Positions 35,260 through 40,032 of a stretch of DNA of 40,032 bases are shown here, piece by piece. The notes under the pieces are model-generated. The model was not told the origin of the DNA, made no database searches, and was given only the letters and a program-made list of their open reading frames with translations. Each line of letters opens with the position of its first letter. The first letter of the stretch is position 1. The stretch comes from a virus (lineage: Duplodnaviria > Caudoviricetes): positions 1 through 40,032 of the IMG/VR virus record IMGVR_UViG_3300045526_000085; one strand, written 5' to 3'. A program made the translations under genes and the position numbers.

Positions 35260-35461
35260 GGTGCCGAGCAAGGTTGCCGCATCTGGCCGGGCACCGTCTT
35301 GGCGTGCGGTAGCGATTGCACTTTTGCAAAACGATCTCAATTTGTACCAATTGGGGTTCTCAAAACCTGCATACGAAAAACAAATGCAAGCGATCAGACG
35401 TGCGCACATTGCCGTAAACGGTCAACTGCCTGATTACACGCAACTAGAACTAAAGCTATGA
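35192..35461 (+). CDS. stand-alone DUF3440 C-terminal-like protein (89 aa)
   Basis: YVKTWKRRCYSDGIPD...APSWRAVAIALLQND....LGFS parallels the IbrA-like C-terminus (SWKRFAITVLKND....LGLA); start ATG 35192; stop overlaps the helicase ATG. Confidence 0.7.
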   Translation: MERVSEYVKTWKRRCYSDGIPDKVPSKVAASGRAPSWRAVAIALLQNDLNLYQLGFSKPAYEKQMQAIRRAHIAVNGQLPDYTQLELKL

Positions 35462-36837
35462 CCATCCAACTCCGCCCCTACCAGCAACAGCTGGTCACCG
35501 AGATACGCGGGCAGTACCAACTGGGCAAGCGCAGTGTTCTTGCTGTGCTGCCTACCGGCGGCGGCAAGACGGTTATTTTCAGCCACATTGCCCAATCAGC
35601 TGCCAAGAAAGGCAACCGCGTGTGCATCTTGGTGCATCGCGCGGAACTGCTGGATCAAGCCAGCCGCAGCCTGCAGTGCATGGGCGTTCGGCATGGCCGC
35701 ATTGCCGCCGGCCGAAGCATGGACCTAAGCCATGCCGTGCAGGTTGCCAGTGTGCAGACACTGGCCCGCAGGCTGCACAAGTTGCCGCGTGATTTCTTCC
35801 AGCTGCTGGTGGTTGACGAATGCCACCACAGCAATGCGGGCACATGGGCCAGCGTGATCAGCCACTTCTCTGCCGCCAAGCTGCTGGGCGTTACTGCGAC
35901 TCCAATTCGCGGTGACGGCCGCGGCCTCGGCGAGTGGTATGAGGTGATGGTGCAGGGGCCAACTGCGAAATGGCTCACGGACAACGGCTACCTAGCGGCT
36001 GCCCGTGTGCTGGCACCACCCGGGTTTGATGCTGCCGGGCTGCGTAAGCGCATGGGCGACTTCGATGCCAAGCAAGCGGAGCAGCGGGTGACAACGATCA
36101 TGGGCGACTGCTGCAGCCACTACCGCAAACACCTGAGCGGCCGGACGGCGATTGCGTTCTGCTGCTCAGTGGCTCATGCCGAAGCGGTGGCGGGGCTGTT
36201 CATCAGCCAAGGCATCGCTGCAGCCAGCATTGACGGCAGCATGACCGGCGAACAACGGCGCGATCTGCTGCAAGCGCTGGAAACCGGCCGGTTGAAGGTG
36301 CTCACCAGCTGCGCATTGATCGGTGAAGGCGTGGACGTGCCAAGCGTCGGCGGCTGCATCCTGCTGCGGCCAACGCAGAGCGTCAGCCTGCACCTGCAGA
36401 TGATCGGCCGGTGCCTGCGGCCAGCACCGGGCAAGCCTGCTGCGGTGGTGCTCGATCACGTCGGCAATACACTCCGCCTTGGCCACCACCTAGAGGAGCG
36501 TGAGTGGAGCTTGGATGGCATCAAGAAACGCGACCGCGAGGCAGCACCCAGCGTGAAGGTATGCCCCAAGTGCTTCGCTACCACCATGAGCACCGCGCAG
36601 ATTTGCCGCGAATGCGGGCATGTGTTTGCACCGCAGGAGGCGCGTGAGCTGAAGGTGGTTGATGGTGAGCTGGTGGAGTTGCAGCGCCGCGAGCAACGCC
36701 GCGAGCAAGGCAGCGCGCAGAGCCTCCAGGATCTGATCGCCCTCGGCCACCAACGCGGCTACAAAAACCCCACCGCATGGGCGAAGCATGTCTATGCAGC
36801 ACGTCAACACAAACAACAACGGAGTCAGGTTGGATGA
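35458..36837 (+). CDS. SF2 DExH helicase (RadD/YejH-like) with C-terminal Zn ribbon
   Basis: Q motif LRPYQ, Walker A LPTGGGKT, VDECHH, TATP, EGVDVP, QMIGRCLR and CPKC..CRECG. Confidence 0.93.
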   Translation: MTIQLRPYQQQLVTEIRGQYQLGKRSVLAVLPTGGGKTVIFSHIAQSAAKKGNRVCILVHRAELLDQASRSLQCMGVRHGRIAAGRSMDLSHAVQVASVQTLARRLHKLPRDFFQLLVVDECHHSNAGTWASVISHFSAAKLLGVTATPIRGDGRGLGEWYEVMVQGPTAKWLTDNGYLAAARVLAPPGFDAAGLRKRMGDFDAKQAEQRVTTIMGDCCSHYRKHLSGRTAIAFCCSVAHAEAVAGLFISQGIAAASIDGSMTGEQRRDLLQALETGRLKVLTSCALIGEGVDVPSVGGCILLRPTQSVSLHLQMIGRCLRPAPGKPAAVVLDHVGNTLRLGHHLEEREWSLDGIKKRDREAAPSVKVCPKCFATTMSTAQICRECGHVFAPQEARELKVVDGELVELQRREQRREQGSAQSLQDLIALGHQRGYKNPTAWAKHVYAARQHKQQRSQVG

Positions 36838-37823
36838 GCAAGTTCTGCATTCAGCTCAACGACATCTCACTGCCGGATGCCATTGCAGCAGTGGTTGAGG
36901 CTTGGTATGAAGCGCAGGTGCAAGGTGAAATGCAATCAAAGGCGTATTACTCTGTAAAAGACTTGCAATCACTGCTAAACAAAAGCAGAGCTTCTGTTTA
37001 CAGACACATAAACACAACAAAGGGCGTCGCAAATCCTCCATTCGATCCGCAAAAGCTAAATCATGAATCCAGGGAAGACATCACGGATCCAATGCTGTTT
37101 ACCTTGGCAGAAGTGGACAGATGGCGACAGCAAAGGTTGATTCCAATCGAACAGCCAGTAACGCGCCGCCCAATTTCAATTCTTGAACAATCTAAGCCGG
37201 ATCCACTCAAGGAATGGGATTCGCCATCAGATGAAGCCATTCCCGTTATTGATTACATGACTACAACGATTGCAAATCTTACAAAAGCTGGCAAGTTAAA
37301 ACCCGGCGACAAAATGCCAAGCATCAGAGATCTTGCCGACAAAATCGGCTGTCATCGGAATACCTGCCTAAAAGCATATAAGGCACTAGAGGAGTCTCAG
37401 GTTCTCGTCGCTAAACCCGGTTCCGGCTATTATTTAGCAAATCAAGCCGATTCTTTTGGCGACAAAGAGCACGAGGATCACGAGCAATCAACGGAGGCAC
37501 TAGATTTAATTATTGCAAACTTGAATCAGTCACCAAAAATCAAAGGGACGCGCCTTGCCATTGAAAGACGTGGCAAGAAGCTAGCCATCAGAGGGAAGTT
37601 ACCGCTTAAATCAAATCCAGATAGCCATGCGTATCAGCGAATCAGCCTTGGAATTTCAGCCGATCAACAGAATGCTAGAATCGCTGAAATTGTTCTACTG
37701 CTAGTGAGTGACCAATTGAACCGCGACGATTTCAACTGGGACAGGTGGACCGACGATCGGTACATCAAAAAGATCGTTTCTAACGCAAAGCTTATTCTTA
37801 ATCCTTTGCCAGCAGTCGCTTAA
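36834..37823 (+). CDS. chimeric DNA-binding protein: HTH + GntR wHTH + integrase N-terminal-like domain
   Basis: LNKSRASVYRH..NPPFDPQKLN; LKPGDKMPSIRDLADKIGCHRNTCLKAYKALE....V.KPGSGYY; IERRGKKLAIRGKLP...YQRISLGISA...FNWDRW. AT-richer than its flanks; start ATG 36834. Confidence 0.75.
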   Translation: MSKFCIQLNDISLPDAIAAVVEAWYEAQVQGEMQSKAYYSVKDLQSLLNKSRASVYRHINTTKGVANPPFDPQKLNHESREDITDPMLFTLAEVDRWRQQRLIPIEQPVTRRPISILEQSKPDPLKEWDSPSDEAIPVIDYMTTTIANLTKAGKLKPGDKMPSIRDLADKIGCHRNTCLKAYKALEESQVLVAKPGSGYYLANQADSFGDKEHEDHEQSTEALDLIIANLNQSPKIKGTRLAIERRGKKLAIRGKLPLKSNPDSHAYQRISLGISADQQNARIAEIVLLLVSDQLNRDDFNWDRWTDDRYIKKIVSNAKLILNPLPAVA

Positions 37824-37870
37824 CAATGCAACGGAGGAGTGCGTAGCCTGCCGCCAGTCGCATCCCCGCA

Positions 37871-38236
37871 GTGCCCAGCGAACAGACAATCCAGCAACAC
37901 ATCCGCGTAGCGTGCAGCAAAGGCGACTGCCGCCTCTACAGGAATAACTGTGGCGTCTTGCGCGATCAGCGTGGCGTGCCGGTGCGGTATGGACTGCAGA
38001 CCGGCAGCAGCGACCTGATCGGCTGGCGCACTATCACCATCACCCCGGACATGATCGGCCAGCGCATTGCGGTGTTCACCAGCATCGAGGTGAAGAGCGC
38101 CACCGGCCGCATCCGCCAAGAGCAGCAGCAGTGGCTTGATGCCGTGACCGCAGCAGGCGGCATCGCTGGTGTGGCACGCAGCGTTGAGGATGCGCAACGA
38201 CTGCTCGCGCAGCCGGATAGAGAACCGTCCACCTAG
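37871..38236 (+). CDS. VRR-NUC nuclease (putative Holliday junction resolvase)
   Basis: SEQTIQQHI...YRNNCG...GSSDLIG...IEVKSATGR...EQQQWL...GGIAGVARSVEDA. Confidence 0.9.
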   Translation: MPSEQTIQQHIRVACSKGDCRLYRNNCGVLRDQRGVPVRYGLQTGSSDLIGWRTITITPDMIGQRIAVFTSIEVKSATGRIRQEQQQWLDAVTAAGGIAGVARSVEDAQRLLAQPDREPST

Positions 38237-38240
38237 CGGG

Positions 38241-38401
38241 TAGCGCAGGGTGGCGCGTGGCTGTATATTGATTCCAGCGGGCCACGCCCCAGCACCTGGA
38301 CAACTGCATACACGCGGGCGATCGGCCCGGCCCCGGTGGTGGCTTCCAGCCAGGCACACCACAGAGCACCCGCCTGGTGCTCACCACACACCGGAGGACC
38401 G
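38241..38401 (+). promoter_or_regulatory. early promoter plus structured 5' leader
   Basis: TAGCGC-17-TATATT, then hairpins CGGGC-GATCG-GCCCG, TGGCT-TCC-AGCCA and GAGCACC-CGCCT-GGTGCTC, then a GGAGG SD. Confidence 0.55.
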
Positions 38402-38602
38402 ATGGACGATCTCACCCGCACTGCCCTCGCCCGCGAGGCCGAAACCGCTGCGCTGATCGCAGAACTGGATGAGGCATTCGCGGCGTGGTGCCGCTCCACC
38501 GAGCAGCTGCTGCAGACGGCCCAAGAGGCCATCGCGGTTGCTGACTCGATCGAGTCGGAACTGGCTGATGCCAGCGCCCGGCTCGCGGAGTGGGACTGCT
38601 GA
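38402..38602 (+). CDS. small acidic coiled-coil protein (66 aa)
   Basis: GGAGG SD 4 nt before ATG 38402; heptad-like helical sequence. Confidence 0.7.
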   Translation: MDDLTRTALAREAETAALIAELDEAFAAWCRSTEQLLQTAQEAIAVADSIESELADASARLAEWDC

Positions 38603-38616
38603 GGGCACTGGCACGG

Positions 38617-38644
38617 TTGCACACGGTTGCAGCCGTGCTATATT
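38617..38644 (+). promoter_or_regulatory. early promoter
   Basis: TTGCAC-16-TATATT with an extended TG; direct repeat CACGGTTGCA x2 (38612-38631) overlaps the -35 box. Confidence 0.6.
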
Positions 38645-38650
38645 GACTGC

Positions 38651-38874
38651 ACGAGGGGAGCGGCCCACTCGCAAAACTGAACCGCCCCGGAACGGATCAC
38701 ACGACGGGTCACCACGAGATCAACAAGGCCTGACTAAGCCTGCACTACCGGTTGGCCCGGCAACACCAATAGGCCACAAGCCCGATAGAGCGCCCGGGAT
38801 TCTCCGCTGCGGACAAGAGAGCAGCCTGCCGGCCGAGAGCAGCGATCTCGGCACCCAATCCCCGCTCAGGCCCA
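38651..38874 (+). ncRNA. about 225-nt structured leader / ncRNA with serial pseudoknots
   Basis: No convincing ORF; candidate H-type pseudoknots at 38652-38685, 38748-38769, 38781-38808 and 38832-38866. Confidence 0.5.
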
Positions 38875-39060
38875 ATGCCACGCAAACAACCAACTGAAAC
38901 CGTTCCCGTTGAGCTGCTGTATAGCGGCTGGCGCTGGGAGACGGTGCGCATGAATTATTTCAAGCGACTTGGCCGCATGGATGATGCGCATGAATGCGCC
39001 AACCTGCGCGAGCTGTACCGCCGCCGTCTACATGGCGAAGGCATCGGAGTGCCGGCATGA
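38875..39060 (+). CDS. hypothetical protein
   Basis: 61 aa; ATGA coupling to the next gene. Confidence 0.6.
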   Translation: MPRKQPTETVPVELLYSGWRWETVRMNYFKRLGRMDDAHECANLRELYRRRLHGEGIGVPA

Positions 39061-39263
39061 CGCTGCTTGATCGGTGCGTCGCTGCCTACAGCGAGGCCTA
39101 TGCCGAAGCCGCCACTGACGGCCACCCACTACCTGAGATCCGCCGCATCGCCATCGCTGCGGTGATTGATGTGGTCAACGACCACGACGCCGACGCCGAC
39201 GCCGACACGTGGGACAGCCACCCGGCGCTGACTGTTGAAGAACGCAATCGGAACCTGCAATGA
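39057..39263 (+). CDS. hypothetical protein
   Basis: Start ATG 39057; C-terminal WDSHPALTVEERN; ATGA coupling on both sides. Confidence 0.6.
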   Translation: MTLLDRCVAAYSEAYAEAATDGHPLPEIRRIAIAAVIDVVNDHDADADADTWDSHPALTVEERNRNLQ

Positions 39264-39532
39264 CTGACGACATCACCGATCTCCGCTGTCGCGTAGAAGC
39301 ACTGGAGGCTGCGCTGCGAGCGATTGCCTCATCTAGCAGCAATCGGACCCGCCTGGGCCTGACTCAAAATGCGCCGGCTTGCTCTGATTCGTTGGTGGAG
39401 CAAGTAGACAAGGCTATGTGGGCGGAAGAAGTCGCTCCTGACGCCCGCGCCGCCATCCACACCACCGCCGACTGGCTCGACCAGCAAGAGCTGCACGTCG
39501 CTGCAACGCGGCTGCGGATGGAGGTGGGGTGA
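39260..39532 (+). CDS. hypothetical protein
   Basis: LRCRVEALEA and ARAAI...ADWL....AATRLR.E helical motifs; coupled to its neighbours. Confidence 0.6.
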   Translation: MTDDITDLRCRVEALEAALRAIASSSSNRTRLGLTQNAPACSDSLVEQVDKAMWAEEVAPDARAAIHTTADWLDQQELHVAATRLRMEVG

Positions 39533-39642
39533 TGAGCTGGTCCCCGCCTTTTGCAGCTGGCTTTTTAATCGGCTGGTGGATGTGCGCTGCTACTTGGCCT
39601 CGCACCCGCGACCGCAAAAGACGGCGCAGCTTCGACGATTAA
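39532..39642 (+). CDS. small membrane peptide (36 aa)
   Basis: MSWSPPFAAGFLIGWWMCAATWPRTRDRKRRRSFDD: hydrophobic segment plus basic tail; TGATG overlap. Confidence 0.4.
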   Translation: MSWSPPFAAGFLIGWWMCAATWPRTRDRKRRRSFDD

Positions 39643-39686
39643 GGCTGAGTCGCTAACCATGCCTTGCATTTCTTCATTCCTTAATC

Positions 39687-39992
39687 ATGGAAACTTCTGC
39701 CTCTCAAATTCAAATCAACGGTGTTACTTACGTCCGCGCTGATTCCGTTCCTACAGGCAACCGCGCAGTGATCGTCGTTGACCGCGGCTGGATCTTCGCT
39801 GGTGATGTTACTAGGGAAGATGGACGCATCAAGCTATCCCGTGCCGTACATGTGTTCAAATGGGAATCTATTGGTTTCGCCAAAATGATCGAAACAGAGA
39901 AAGCAGATCTGCGTCCTATTGCAGATGTGGACATGCCTGCCGGAGCAGAGATTTTTTGCGTGCCAGTCTCTGATAACTGGGGGCTGAAATGA
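39687..39992 (+). CDS. Sm-like beta protein (DUF6948-like)
   Basis: VIVVDRGWIFAG......IKLSRAVHVFKWESIG pattern; followed by a Gly-rich repeat ORF. Confidence 0.6.
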   Translation: METSASQIQINGVTYVRADSVPTGNRAVIVVDRGWIFAGDVTREDGRIKLSRAVHVFKWESIGFAKMIETEKADLRPIADVDMPAGAEIFCVPVSDNWGLK

Positions 39993-40032
39993 ATATCATG
40001 ATGCCAGTGGGCTATGGCTATGGCTATGGCTA
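39989..40032 (+). CDS. Gly-Tyr repeat peptide, truncated at window end
   Basis: MNIMMPVGYGYGYG...; GGCTAT tandem repeat running to the window end; ATGA overlap. Confidence 0.55.
   Translation, partial: MNIMMPVGYGYGYG

Noticed and set aside
37500-37823. Phage integrase indicating a temperate lifestyle
   Set aside because: Only an N-terminal-like segment is present, with no R-H-R-Y catalytic domain or att site; lifestyle cannot be called from this window.
39186-39206. GACGCC tandem repeat
   Set aside because: A short in-frame microsatellite encoding DADADAD, with no evidence of function.

Overview
The window is about 40 kb of a GC-rich long-tailed (siphovirus-type) phage genome, cut at both ends. 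Its host is most likely a picocyanobacterium (Synechococcus/Cyanobium-like), judging from a cyanobacterial AbrB-like regulator, a cyanobacterial-type beta clamp and cyanobacteria-like DNA-binding domains. Positions 1-30666 are on the minus strand. In transcription order they encode an RHH regulator, primase-helicase with an adjacent iteron array, DnaN, TerS, a Zn-repeat/GIY-YIG-like endonuclease, TerL, an AbrB/tRNA-like insert, portal, head genes, connectors and fibres, tail tube, chaperones, tape measure and tail tip. Positions 30735-40032 are on the plus strand: an HNH fusion, a four-gene IbrA/IbrB-like module whose ParB/Srx protein is fused to an ectoine-synthase (EctC)-like cupin, an SF2 helicase, a three-domain chimeric DNA-binding protein, VRR-NUC and small early genes. 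The strongest leads are the EctC-ParB/PAPS-reductase module, a repeated covarying RNA pseudoknot upstream of early genes, C(UGC)G-loop hairpins at scaffold/capsid start sites, an apparent +1 tail-chaperone frameshift, and a tRNA-like RNA with a collapsed anticodon loop. All calls come from manual motif recognition; no database searches or folding programs were run.
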